Counted from the first letter of the stretch, positions 8,209-16,877 are shown. The stretch: DNA of 64,000 nucleotides from an uncultured Pseudobdellovibrionaceae bacterium (GCA_964628445.1 CAZVOP010000001.1:27355-91354); one strand, 5' to 3'. Notes: generated by a model from the sequence alone, not told the origin. Numbers and translations: made by a program.

Positions 8209-9243
8209 ATGATTTTGTCATTCTTGTTCGCTTCGTTGACGGTCCATGCCGCACCTCTTAAGAAAATTGAACTTACGCCTCGGCAAAGTGCGGCCATCAA
8301 AGAATACAACCGCAAGTTAAGCCAGCAGCCGTCGACATTTGCTGCACGGCCTGCACCGCTGAAACCTTTTTCGGAAGTGGAAGAGGCCGGCTATCTGTTT
8401 TTCAGCGCCGACACCAATTTCGATTCGGGGCCGGGCAAAAAGATCATGGCGAGGAATCTTCCTGACGGCGTAACGATCGTCATTTTCGCGGAAACCGGCG
8501 ACGATATCGCGGAAATTCGCCGTCAATATCAAGGACTCATCGATACGGCGCGCCTAAAGATTGTCGAGATCAGCGGTGCCAGCCGTGGATTTTGGGCGCG
8601 CGACGGGCTTCCCGTTCCGGTATGGGGCGCCGATAATGGAATGGAATTGGTGGACGCCCGATACTATCACCGCTTTGAGCCCGACGACACGATGGCCAAT
8701 TGGTTTCACAGTTTTTTGCGCAAGCATCAGTTCTATTTCGAGGGCGGAAACTTCATGACCAACGATAAAGGCGATTGCATCACGGTCGACAATGACCGCA
8801 GTAGCGAGATCCCCGAATCCTTGTTCCGCGAGCAATACGGATGCAAGCGGGTCATTCGTTTGCCCTTTGAAAAAGGCATCGGCCATGTCGACGAATCGGT
8901 CCGCTTCTTAAGTTCAAATGTGGTCGTGACCGATAGTCCTACTTATGCGCAGACATTAAAGGGTCTGGGCTTTGACGTGCGCATGCTTCCGCGGCCCGAC
9001 AATCCATACGAAACTTACGTGAACGCTTTGTTGGTCAACGGGACGGTTTTTGTGCCGGTATTTAACGAGCGCAATGACCAAAAGGCTTTGGACGTTTACC
9101 GTGCTGCGGGTCTAAAGGTGTTCGCGATTGAATCCTCGAGCCTTTCCAATGACGGCTTGGGATCCATTCATTGCATCACGATGACCTATCCGAAGGTGCC
9201 CTTCCAACAACTGATGGAATCCTTAGGCGGCCGCGAGCTTTGA
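8209..9243 (+). CDS. Secreted agmatine deiminase / Porphyromonas-type peptidylarginine deiminase family enzyme
   Basis: Signal peptide. Motifs WARDGLP, FEGGNFMTN, GHVDE, YVNALLVNGTVFVP and the catalytic-Cys motif GSIHCITM. Confidence 0.7.
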   Translation: MILSFLFASLTVHAAPLKKIELTPRQSAAIKEYNRKLSQQPSTFAARPAPLKPFSEVEEAGYLFFSADTNFDSGPGKKIMARNLPDGVTIVIFAETGDDIAEIRRQYQGLIDTARLKIVEISGASRGFWARDGLPVPVWGADNGMELVDARYYHRFEPDDTMANWFHSFLRKHQFYFEGGNFMTNDKGDCITVDNDRSSEIPESLFREQYGCKRVIRLPFEKGIGHVDESVRFLSSNVVVTDSPTYAQTLKGLGFDVRMLPRPDNPYETYVNALLVNGTVFVPVFNERNDQKALDVYRAAGLKVFAIESSSLSNDGLGSIHCITMTYPKVPFQQLMESLGGREL

Positions 9244-9251
9244 GCTCCGGT

Positions 9252-10145
9252 CTAGTGCAGTTTTGTTGAATTTGGTTTTGAGGTATCGCCCGCTTGCAGG
9301 GCAATGAGCTCCGGCAGCCAATCCTTGATCGCACGGGTTTTAAATCCCAGAGAATGAAGCCGATTCACATTCAAGGACATATCTTCCGCTACGCCATAGG
9401 GCGAGCGGCTCACGTCCGAATCGGTCTTCAGTAGGATCGGTGCTTTGCGCACCACTTTTTCGATCATCTTGAGTAATGTTTTAACTTGAAGGGGATCGGG
9501 GCTGGCCACATTGATAGGGCCGGTAAAAGTCTGAGTGAGACTGCGCAATAAAAATTCGGCGGCGTCCTCGGCGTGAATCATTCCGATGTGGGCTTCCGCA
9601 TTCGGCATATAAATCGGTTGCCCCTTCGCCATCCGCTCAATATGAAATTCGAGCCGGCGGGTGTAGTCATCCGGCCCCAAAATAAAAGGAAAGCGAATCA
9701 TCGTGACGGGAAACTTGGCTTCCTGGGCGAAGACGGCTTCGGCCTGGCGTTTACCGAATTGGTAGCTGGATTTTTGTTCTTCGGTTGGGGAGTCTTGTAT
9801 GTCCCATGTGGCTGGAGCGAAATATTCTTCTTTGAGGTCTATCCCGCCGTCATACACCGAGGCCGTGGAAATAAAAATATAGCGGCCCACCTGAGAGAAA
9901 AACTCAACCGCATTTCGTGCATCGGCGGCGTTAAAGCCGGCGAAATCCAAAACGACATCCCAGTCGCGATCGAGATGAGCGCTCTCCAAAGAGCTTCGGT
10001 TGCCTTTGTGTACGACTGCGTTTGCCGTGTGCGCCACTTGCCCGGTGCGATTCAAGACGTGAAGCTCAACATCTTCGCGGGCGTCCAGCGCAACACTCAG
10101 TCGCAAACCGACGAAGCGATTGCCGCCGATGATTAAAACCTTCAT
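9252..10145 (-). CDS. NAD(P)-dependent epimerase/dehydratase (extended SDR family)
   Basis: N-terminal Rossmann motif MKVLIIGGNRFVG. ATGA overlap with the upstream hydrolase gene. Confidence 0.65.
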   Translation of the reverse strand: MKVLIIGGNRFVGLRLSVALDAREDVELHVLNRTGQVAHTANAVVHKGNRSSLESAHLDRDWDVVLDFAGFNAADARNAVEFFSQVGRYIFISTASVYDGGIDLKEEYFAPATWDIQDSPTEEQKSSYQFGKRQAEAVFAQEAKFPVTMIRFPFILGPDDYTRRLEFHIERMAKGQPIYMPNAEAHIGMIHAEDAAEFLLRSLTQTFTGPINVASPDPLQVKTLLKMIEKVVRKAPILLKTDSDVSRSPYGVAEDMSLNVNRLHSLGFKTRAIKDWLPELIALQAGDTSKPNSTKLH

Positions 10146-10807
10146 GTCTGGTCGTCCTTGAGGTGTTCGAGAGCAAAGGCGCGCACGAGCGGTTCAACCG
10201 ATGGGTGGACGCGATGTTCAAGATCGGGGATCTCATGAAACGCTCCGGTGAAACCTTGTGCAGTTAGCGCCGCGTATTCTTTTTTTGATTTTTCAATAGC
10301 GATCCGGTCATCTTTGGCGCCGTGAATAGCGAGTACGGGCAGTGGGTTGAGGTTTTCGAAGGCCTCTTCGTTAAACCCACACCCTAGCCCGGCGATACCT
10401 TTAACCTTATCCGAGTGTGCCGCGACATAAGGCGCGAGATACCCCCCTTGTGAGAAGCCGAAAAAAACTTTGCGCGTGTTTTCGAGTTGTAAATCGCGAA
10501 ACAGTTGTGCGATGCGCTCGGCTGTGGTGTTGGGCTCCACAATCGTCAGGCCATAATCGCGGTCGCGGAAATACCACGCATAGGCTTCCTTAAAACCATC
10601 CTTATTCCATACCGGTACGGGGAAGGGCGCATTGATCGCCAAAATTTGAAAAGGCAGTTCGGCGTCCAGCCAACCGATGCGTTTAAGCATCGAGTGTGCG
10701 GTGTCCTGATAACCGTGCAAAAGAATGACCAGGCCATTGCCTTTGGGCTCGCTCAAAAAATAGCGCACGGGAAGCGGGAAGGAATAATTCACCTCTTGCA
10801 TAATCAT
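10142..10807 (-). CDS. Alpha/beta hydrolase (phospholipase/carboxylesterase-like)
   Basis: GFSQGG nucleophile elbow, later GAKDD and His. Overlaps oxyR by 4 nt. Confidence 0.65.
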   Translation of the reverse strand: MIMQEVNYSFPLPVRYFLSEPKGNGLVILLHGYQDTAHSMLKRIGWLDAELPFQILAINAPFPVPVWNKDGFKEAYAWYFRDRDYGLTIVEPNTTAERIAQLFRDLQLENTRKVFFGFSQGGYLAPYVAAHSDKVKGIAGLGCGFNEEAFENLNPLPVLAIHGAKDDRIAIEKSKKEYAALTAQGFTGAFHEIPDLEHRVHPSVEPLVRAFALEHLKDDQT

Positions 10808-11757
10808 ATGGGCAGGATCTCCATCTGTTTCAAGTTATGCTTTTTTAATTGCTCGGGAAGTCCTTCACGGATGCTTTCTTCGAGCGCGTTCAGCACGTCG
10901 CTCTTCCATTGATCGCGGCGATAAACCAAGCTCACTTCGCGGGTCGGAATGGGCTTTTCAAATTCGCGCACATAGTCCTTTTTTTCCGGCTCGGAAAGCG
11001 TTTCGACAAAAAGTCTGGGGACCAGCGTGTACCCTTGCGATTTGCGGATAAGATTGCGGAGCGTGTCGATGTTGCCTCCCTCAAATTGCACGTTAGGGAA
11101 AACACCTTCTTCGTTCTTAAGCGAACAGTAGCGCACGATCTGATTGCGAACGCAATGGCCGTCCGCCAGCAGCCACATCTCGTCGCCATTGAGATCTTCT
11201 TCGCGAATGCGTTTGCGGGAGTTCAACGGATGCTTTTTACCGACGTAAAGTGAAAACGGCTCATAAAATATCGGACGTTCTTTGATCCCCGGTTCATGCA
11301 GGGGCGTCGCCACAATCCCGGCGTCGAGCTGGTCCTCTTTGAGCATGCTCAAAATGGTTTCGGTTTTTAGCTCATCGATAATCAGCTGAATTTTAGGAAA
11401 GTCTTTAGAGAATTTGGCAATGAATAACGGAAGTAAATAGGGCGCGATCGTCGGGATAATTCCCAGGCGCAAATCGCCGCTGACTTCAGTCCCCTGATGG
11501 CGCGACAGATCCATAAGCTTGTGATGTTCAAAAAGAAGAACTTTGGCCTGGGTAATAAATTTTTGCCCTTTGGCGGTGGGCTTGATGGGCTTTTTGAGAC
11601 GGTCGAAAAGAGGGTAGCCGATTTCCTCTTCGACCTTCTGAATCTGCATGCTGAGCGTCGGCTGCGTCACATGGCATTGCCCGGCCGCTTTGCCGAAATG
11701 ACGATGCTTGTCGACGGCCACGATATACTCTAATTGATTCAGGGACGGCATATTCAC
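10804..11757 (-). CDS. oxyR: LysR-family peroxide-sensing regulator OxyR
   Basis: LysR HTH (FGKAAGQCHVTQPTLSMQIQKVEEEIG). Redox Cys pair in LLADGHCVRNQIVRYC, matching the OxyR C199/C208 context. Divergent from ahpC. Confidence 0.8.
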   Translation of the reverse strand: MNMPSLNQLEYIVAVDKHRHFGKAAGQCHVTQPTLSMQIQKVEEEIGYPLFDRLKKPIKPTAKGQKFITQAKVLLFEHHKLMDLSRHQGTEVSGDLRLGIIPTIAPYLLPLFIAKFSKDFPKIQLIIDELKTETILSMLKEDQLDAGIVATPLHEPGIKERPIFYEPFSLYVGKKHPLNSRKRIREEDLNGDEMWLLADGHCVRNQIVRYCSLKNEEGVFPNVQFEGGNIDTLRNLIRKSQGYTLVPRLFVETLSEPEKKDYVREFEKPIPTREVSLVYRRDQWKSDVLNALEESIREGLPEQLKKHNLKQMEILPI

Positions 11758-11865
11758 CTCACAGATTCATCGCAATAGACAATATCAATCACTACATTTT
11801 TTTAATCGATTTTACTTATAAAGGCAATAGGCCGATTCTAGGTGAAGCCAATAAGGAGGCATTCT

Positions 11866-12402
11866 ATGTTAGGTGTAGGTAAACCGTTTCCGCAGTTCGA
11901 TCTTAAAGCCGTGGTCAGCAACGATCCCAAGACGGCATTTAAGGACGTCACCAACGCGACCTATAAAGGTAAATGGATGGTCATGTTTTTTTACCCTAAG
12001 GATTTTACGTTCGTTTGTCCGACGGAAATCAAAGGCTTTGACGATTTAAACGGCCAATTCAAAGAGCGTGATGCCGTGGTGATCGCCGGCAGCACCGATT
12101 CGGAGTTCGTGCATTTGGCTTGGCGCCAGCATGAAGAGAAACTGAAAGGTCTTTCGCTTCCGATGGTGTCGGATATTAAGCGCGAGTTAACGTCGGCTTT
12201 GGGAATTTTGGATGAGAAAGAGGGCGTTGCTCAGCGCGCGACCTTTATCGTCGATCCCGATGGAATTATTCGTTTCGTTTACGTTACGGATTTAAGCGTG
12301 GGCCGCAATCCCAAAGAAGTTTTGCGCGTGCTTGACGGTTTGCAGACCGACGAACTTTGCCCGTGCAATTGGGAAAAAGGGCAGGAGACACTGGGCGCTT
12401 AA
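11866..12402 (+). CDS. ahpC: Peroxiredoxin AhpC (2-Cys)
   Basis: FTFVCPTE peroxidatic Cys and C-terminal ELCPCNW. Start moved to ATG 11866, preceded by AGGAGG (11854-11859). Confidence 0.85.
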   Translation: MLGVGKPFPQFDLKAVVSNDPKTAFKDVTNATYKGKWMVMFFYPKDFTFVCPTEIKGFDDLNGQFKERDAVVIAGSTDSEFVHLAWRQHEEKLKGLSLPMVSDIKRELTSALGILDEKEGVAQRATFIVDPDGIIRFVYVTDLSVGRNPKEVLRVLDGLQTDELCPCNWEKGQETLGA

Positions 12403-12438
12403 GCGCCCAGCAAGGCTGCCTAAGCGCAGGAGGATTTT

Positions 12439-12978
12439 ATGACTCTCGAAGAACTTAAGAATAGGATTCCCGACTACGGCCGGGACATCCGCTTAAATTT
12501 AGATGCGGTGCTTTCGGAAGAAGGCTCCGCCGGTTTAACCAAAACTCAGATTTGGGGAACGGCATTGTCCGCGGCATATGCGCTGGAATCGCGCGAACTC
12601 GTGGAAATGATCAAGACCCAAGCGGCTTCCGAAATCAACGACTCCGTCATCGAAGCCAGCAAGGCCGCGGCAACGATCATGGCAATGAACAACGTTTATT
12701 ACCGCTCCATGCATTTGCTGGAAGACGCCGAGCTTAAGAAATTGCCAGTGCGTCTGCGCATGAACGTTATCGGCAAGCCGGGAATCGAAAAGGCGGATTT
12801 CGAATTGATGTCGTTTGCGATTTCCTCGTTGGCCGGTTGCGGACAATGCTTGACCGCCCATTTGCACGAGTTGCGTAAGGTGAATGTGAGCAATGAAGGC
12901 ATTCAGGCGAGCATAAAGATCGCATCGGTCATGCAAGCGGCTTCGCGCGCTCTGCGCATCGGCAATTTAGAGAGCTGA
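12439..12978 (+). CDS. ahpD: Alkyl hydroperoxide reductase AhpD (carboxymuconolactone decarboxylase family)
   Basis: LAGCGQCLTAH CxxC motif. AGGAGG RBS. Directly downstream of ahpC. Confidence 0.8.
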   Translation: MTLEELKNRIPDYGRDIRLNLDAVLSEEGSAGLTKTQIWGTALSAAYALESRELVEMIKTQAASEINDSVIEASKAAATIMAMNNVYYRSMHLLEDAELKKLPVRLRMNVIGKPGIEKADFELMSFAISSLAGCGQCLTAHLHELRKVNVSNEGIQASIKIASVMQAASRALRIGNLES

Positions 12979-12992
12979 GTTCACGCGCTACC

Positions 12993-13022
12993 CAAAGCTT
13001 CTTGTCCAGACAAGAGGCTTTG
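12993..13022. repeat. Palindromic element, copy A (12-bp stem, 6-nt loop) at the ahpD/cytochrome convergent junction
   Basis: caaagcttcttg-tccaga-caagaggctttg. Nearly identical to 58882-58911. One T-G pair, which is a wobble only in plus-strand RNA. Confidence 0.6.
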
Positions 13023-13024
13023 CA

Positions 13025-13945
13025 TTATCGGCTGAACGAGAAATAAATCGCGAGTGCGGAGATATCTCGATCGCTTAGCGTGCGCGCGAACTCATTCATC
13101 AATTCGTTTTGCCGCTCACGTTTCCGGTAATAGAGCAGTTGATTGATTAGATACTGTTCCGATTGGCCGGCAAGGGCCGGCAAGACCGGGTCGGCGGCGG
13201 AGGGATCCATGTGGCATGAAACGCAATTCAATTGGGTTTTCATGGCCAATAATTTTCCCTGCTCAAACAATAACTGCTCAATGATCGTCATCGTCTTGGG
13301 CGCCTCATCGGGCGCCAAGCCTTTTTGTGCGGCAAAGTAGCGGGCCGTTTCTTCAAGCTCCTCGTCGGTTAAGTCGGAAACTATATCGTTCATTTGATCG
13401 GTGGGATCGATTCTTCTTCTCCACTTGAAAGCTTGCAGCTGATTCACTAAATAGCCGTAATTTTGGCCGTTAATCCTGGGGATCTTCGGCTGCGCTTGCG
13501 CCGTGGGACCTTGCGGTCCATGGCACTGGATACATCGCTGCACCAGAAGTTCGGTTTTAGAAACGAGGGTGGACGTCGGCGCCGAGGCCACGGATTTCTC
13601 CGGTGCGCCCGATTGGGCCCAGGCGGCAAGGAGTTCGCGGTCCGAGTCGGTGATCGCCGCGGCTTGCGGGCTTCCCGGAGGAGGCATCGACTTTTCTTCG
13701 TAAACCTTGCGCTCCAAAGTCCCGTTGAGAGCGTAGTTACGCGCTTGCGAGAAATCCAGCCAGTCCGGACCGGAGCGCGAGGGATGGCAGGCGGCGCAAT
13801 TTTTAGCGAACACCGGGCGCGCTTGCTCGTAACTAACGCGCCCCAGTTTCGTCCGCGCGCCGTCGGCCGGCCGGTGAGGCCCATTAAAAGAGCATGATGT
13901 GAGCGTAGTCATAAATAAAATAAGTATATTACGGAACATTTTCAC
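13025..13945 (-). CDS. Triheme c-type cytochrome lipoprotein (N-terminal monoheme domain plus c4-like diheme)
   Basis: Lipobox LTSC. Three CXXCH (CAACH, CIQCH, CVSCH). c4-like motifs PRINGQNYGYLVNQLQAF and PALAGQSEQYLINQLLYY. Confidence 0.75.
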   Translation of the reverse strand: MKMFRNILILFMTTLTSCSFNGPHRPADGARTKLGRVSYEQARPVFAKNCAACHPSRSGPDWLDFSQARNYALNGTLERKVYEEKSMPPPGSPQAAAITDSDRELLAAWAQSGAPEKSVASAPTSTLVSKTELLVQRCIQCHGPQGPTAQAQPKIPRINGQNYGYLVNQLQAFKWRRRIDPTDQMNDIVSDLTDEELEETARYFAAQKGLAPDEAPKTMTIIEQLLFEQGKLLAMKTQLNCVSCHMDPSAADPVLPALAGQSEQYLINQLLYYRKRERQNELMNEFARTLSDRDISALAIYFSFSR

Positions 13946-14801
13946 CGCTCCTGATCGCGGGTAGTGACATCATATAGCTGACCAGTGCCGCGCGGTCGTC
14001 CGGCGTCAGCGAAGAGGTATTGTTGATCACTTGCGCCATCTCGGCGGAAGGATATTTTCCTTGCGGATTACGACCGCTCAGAAGAAAGCGTTCCCAGTCT
14101 TTGCCGCTCCAGCTTCCACGCCCTGTGATCACGTCGCGAGTGAGGTTTGGGGCGAGACGCCCATTGATGGGGACTGCCGATCCGGCCATCCATTTTGAAA
14201 GTTCAAGCGCGCCCGTCCATGCATTGCGCGGGGTATGGCATTCGGCGCAATGGGCAAGGGCTTCGGCGATGTAGGCGCCGCGGTTCCACTCGGCCGACTT
14301 TGTAGGGTCGGAAATGGCGGGCCCTTCTTGTAAGAAAATGCCCTGCCAAATAAAAAGTCCCCAGCGCTGGTTGTAGGGATAGCTGAGTTGTTGCGGGTGA
14401 TTTTCTTTATATACGGGTCGTTGAGAAACCAGGTATGCCCATATTTTTTCAAGATCCGGATCGGTGATTTTGGTGTAAGACCGGTAGGGGAAAGCGGGGT
14501 AATAATATTGCCCTCCAGGCGAAACGCCATCGCGCATGGCGCGTTGAAATTTTGGAAAGTCCCATCGCCCGATGCCGGTATCGCCGTCGGGGGTGATGTT
14601 CGGCGTATAGAATGCGCCGAAGGGAGTGACTAACTTTAGGCCCCCGCCGAAGGGCGCATCGGAATGCGGCGAGCGGCAATCGGCGCAGCCCGCGATCTTC
14701 ACCAAATAAGCGCCTTCATCAAGATCGTCAGCGGCGGAAAAATGCGTCGGCGCGGCGGCGATCAAAAACATAAAAATGAAAAGATGGCCGGGTCTGATCA
14801 T
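13929..14801 (-). CDS. Dehydrogenase-type diheme-like cytochrome c; first haem motif is CXXCR
   Basis: Signal peptide. GCADCRSPH (no His after the second Cys). FYTPNITPDGDTGIGRW. Second motif CAECHTP is intact. ATGA overlap with the upstream gene. Confidence 0.7.
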   Translation of the reverse strand: MIRPGHLFIFMFLIAAAPTHFSAADDLDEGAYLVKIAGCADCRSPHSDAPFGGGLKLVTPFGAFYTPNITPDGDTGIGRWDFPKFQRAMRDGVSPGGQYYYPAFPYRSYTKITDPDLEKIWAYLVSQRPVYKENHPQQLSYPYNQRWGLFIWQGIFLQEGPAISDPTKSAEWNRGAYIAEALAHCAECHTPRNAWTGALELSKWMAGSAVPINGRLAPNLTRDVITGRGSWSGKDWERFLLSGRNPQGKYPSAEMAQVINNTSSLTPDDRAALVSYMMSLPAIRSGENVP

Positions 14802-15094
14802 TTAGTCTTGCCCATTTGAGAATAGTGTACGGCAAGATCTTCGATATCTTGCGTGGACAACATTTTCGACACCGGCGTCATGAGCGGGTCGATGCGAACG
14901 CCGTCGCGAAAGGCTATAAGTTGTTTCACCAGGTAATCATGTTTTTGGCCGGCCAAATTGGGCCATAATTCGTTGGGACTGATGCCTGCTTCCCCGTGGC
15001 AAGCGTTGCATGTGACCGACTTTTGCTTTGCCGATGTCTCATCCGCGAAGGCCGCATGAGGAGCGAAGGTCAGGATAACAAAAATGAATTTCAT
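14798..15094 (-). CDS. Monoheme cytochrome c (c552/c553 class I)
   Basis: Signal peptide, CNACHG, and PNLAGQKHDYLVKQLIAFRDG, typical of c4-half/c55x cytochromes. Confidence 0.8.
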   Translation of the reverse strand: MKFIFVILTFAPHAAFADETSAKQKSVTCNACHGEAGISPNELWPNLAGQKHDYLVKQLIAFRDGVRIDPLMTPVSKMLSTQDIEDLAVHYSQMGKTK

Positions 15095-15106
15095 GCACTC
15101 GTCCTT

Positions 15107-16303
15107 TCAAAAAGTAACCTGCAAAAATCCGAAGCTTGCATTTTGCGCGGCCTCCGAATGGCGCGCGGCTTCCGTCGGATGCGTCGCTCGGGCGAGTTCG
15201 GTGCGCGCTTGTATAACGGTATTAGGGCCAATGTACCAACGGATGCCTAAGCCATGCCGGTCATAAATATCGGCGGGATAATCCCGGTCCGGCCGGAGAA
15301 AATCATATTTATACAGCAAAATAAATTTCGAGGTAAATGCATACTCCAACCAGGCCAGCCATGTGGACGATTCGGCGGTCCTTATTGAACTCACATAACT
15401 TTGATCCGCGGCAAAGCCTTGTCCCAAGTGATCGTTCCAATTGCGTGCCCTGACCGTTTCGACTTTGATGGAAAGAGGAAGATTGTCATCGGTCCAGCGC
15501 GCCAGTGAAGCGACCGCATAGAGCGAGAGAGCTTGGCGCGACTCTTTCGACGGCCTGCGGTCATAGTGGCTTAGAGAAGTTCCAAGCATTATCGGGCCCA
15601 ACATGTAGCGCAGATTAAGGGTCGCGCCGAAGCGTTCGGCATTTCCATTATTCAAATTCGCTCCGCTATGCCGGTCGCCATTCACTAGTGCAAGATCGTA
15701 ATGCAGGTCTTCAGAGGGTTGGCCTGAAAGCATCGCGCCCGTGTCGAAACTAAACCATTCGGTTTGTGTTTGTATCCGGGTGTAGGTGCGATGCTCGTCG
15801 GTGACGATGCCGAAAGGCGTTCGGAAGCGGCCGACGAGCAGCGATTCGAACCAGTGCGGCCGCTCATCGCGATTATGAAATTGAAATAGCGCATAGGTAT
15901 CGCGATAGGGGCCGGCGGAAAAACCGGCGATGTTGTGCTCAAGAACCAAGTGGATGCGCTGGGCTTCGTCGACCGCCACATGACCAAAGACGGAGCCTGA
16001 CATGATGCCGGCGCCGTCTTTGCTCGATCCCGCTTTCTCGGGATAATAAAAGAGCGCGCGGAAGTCCGCACCGACGTAATCTTGCGCTAAGAGCGGATTG
16101 ATTTTGAATCCATGCGCCCCGAACAATTTGCCGTATGTGTTTCGCGGGCCGCCGCCAGCGGGACTGAGATGGCAAGCCGTGCATCGGATGATGTTGTAGC
16201 GTGCTGAATATTCGGGATAAGCCCATGCAGAAAGGGGCCTTAGAGTTGCGAGACAAAACAATAGGGTAAACAACCATATTCGCGTCACTGATGTGCTGTA
16301 CAC
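15107..16303 (-). CDS. Fused monoheme cytochrome c / outer-membrane beta-barrel (Cyc2-like architecture)
   Basis: Signal peptide (...LRPLSAWA). Single CXXCH (RCTACH, nt 16169-16183) near the mature N-terminus. About 350 aa of aromatic/Gly-rich alternating strands ending ...FGFLQVTF (OMP C-terminal Phe). Confidence 0.6.
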   Translation of the reverse strand: MYSTSVTRIWLFTLLFCLATLRPLSAWAYPEYSARYNIIRCTACHLSPAGGGPRNTYGKLFGAHGFKINPLLAQDYVGADFRALFYYPEKAGSSKDGAGIMSGSVFGHVAVDEAQRIHLVLEHNIAGFSAGPYRDTYALFQFHNRDERPHWFESLLVGRFRTPFGIVTDEHRTYTRIQTQTEWFSFDTGAMLSGQPSEDLHYDLALVNGDRHSGANLNNGNAERFGATLNLRYMLGPIMLGTSLSHYDRRPSKESRQALSLYAVASLARWTDDNLPLSIKVETVRARNWNDHLGQGFAADQSYVSSIRTAESSTWLAWLEYAFTSKFILLYKYDFLRPDRDYPADIYDRHGLGIRWYIGPNTVIQARTELARATHPTEAARHSEAAQNASFGFLQVTF

Positions 16304-16397
16304 CCGTTGGCAAGCGGGGCCAAGAGGTGCCGAAATGGGGCTGTAGATCTTACTGAAGAATTGTCACGTCGCCAATAAACGTAATTCGTTTGTCATT

Positions 16398-16877
16398 TTA
16401 ATTGAATAGAGCACTGATGGCTTCGATGGTTTGCTCTATACGCTTTGAAGAAACGGGCGCCACAAAAATGGTGTCGTCGCCTGCAATCGTTCCTAAAATT
16501 CCTTCTGGCTTCGTTTGGTCCAATTGTCTGGCCACTAACGAGGCTGACCCCGGAGTGGTGTTGATCACGATCAGGGAGCCATTGTGCTGAATGTTCACAA
16601 GTAAGCCGCCGAAGCTATTGCCGGGCAGAATGGCCGGCAAAGACATTTCGTCAGGGAGGCGGTAAACGATGCGGCCGGTGGCATCTTGCCCCTTAACTGC
16701 GCCAAGCCTGCGTAGATCGCGTGAGATCGTGCTTTGCGTGACTCTGAATTTTTGCCGTCCAAGCTCTTCGACCAACTCTTCCTGAGTTGATGTTAAGCCC
16801 GCGCTCAAAAGCTTTCGCAAGGAGTTCAGGCGTTCACTGGCGAGCGACGGTGATCTAGATGACATGCGAATACTCAA
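16398..16877 (-). CDS. argR: Arginine repressor ArgR
   Basis: Winged-helix region QEELVEELGRQKFRVTQSTISRDLRRLG. C-terminal oligomerisation/arginine motif GTIAGDDTIFV. Confidence 0.85.
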   Translation of the reverse strand: MSIRMSSRSPSLASERLNSLRKLLSAGLTSTQEELVEELGRQKFRVTQSTISRDLRRLGAVKGQDATGRIVYRLPDEMSLPAILPGNSFGGLLVNIQHNGSLIVINTTPGSASLVARQLDQTKPEGILGTIAGDDTIFVAPVSSKRIEQTIEAISALFN

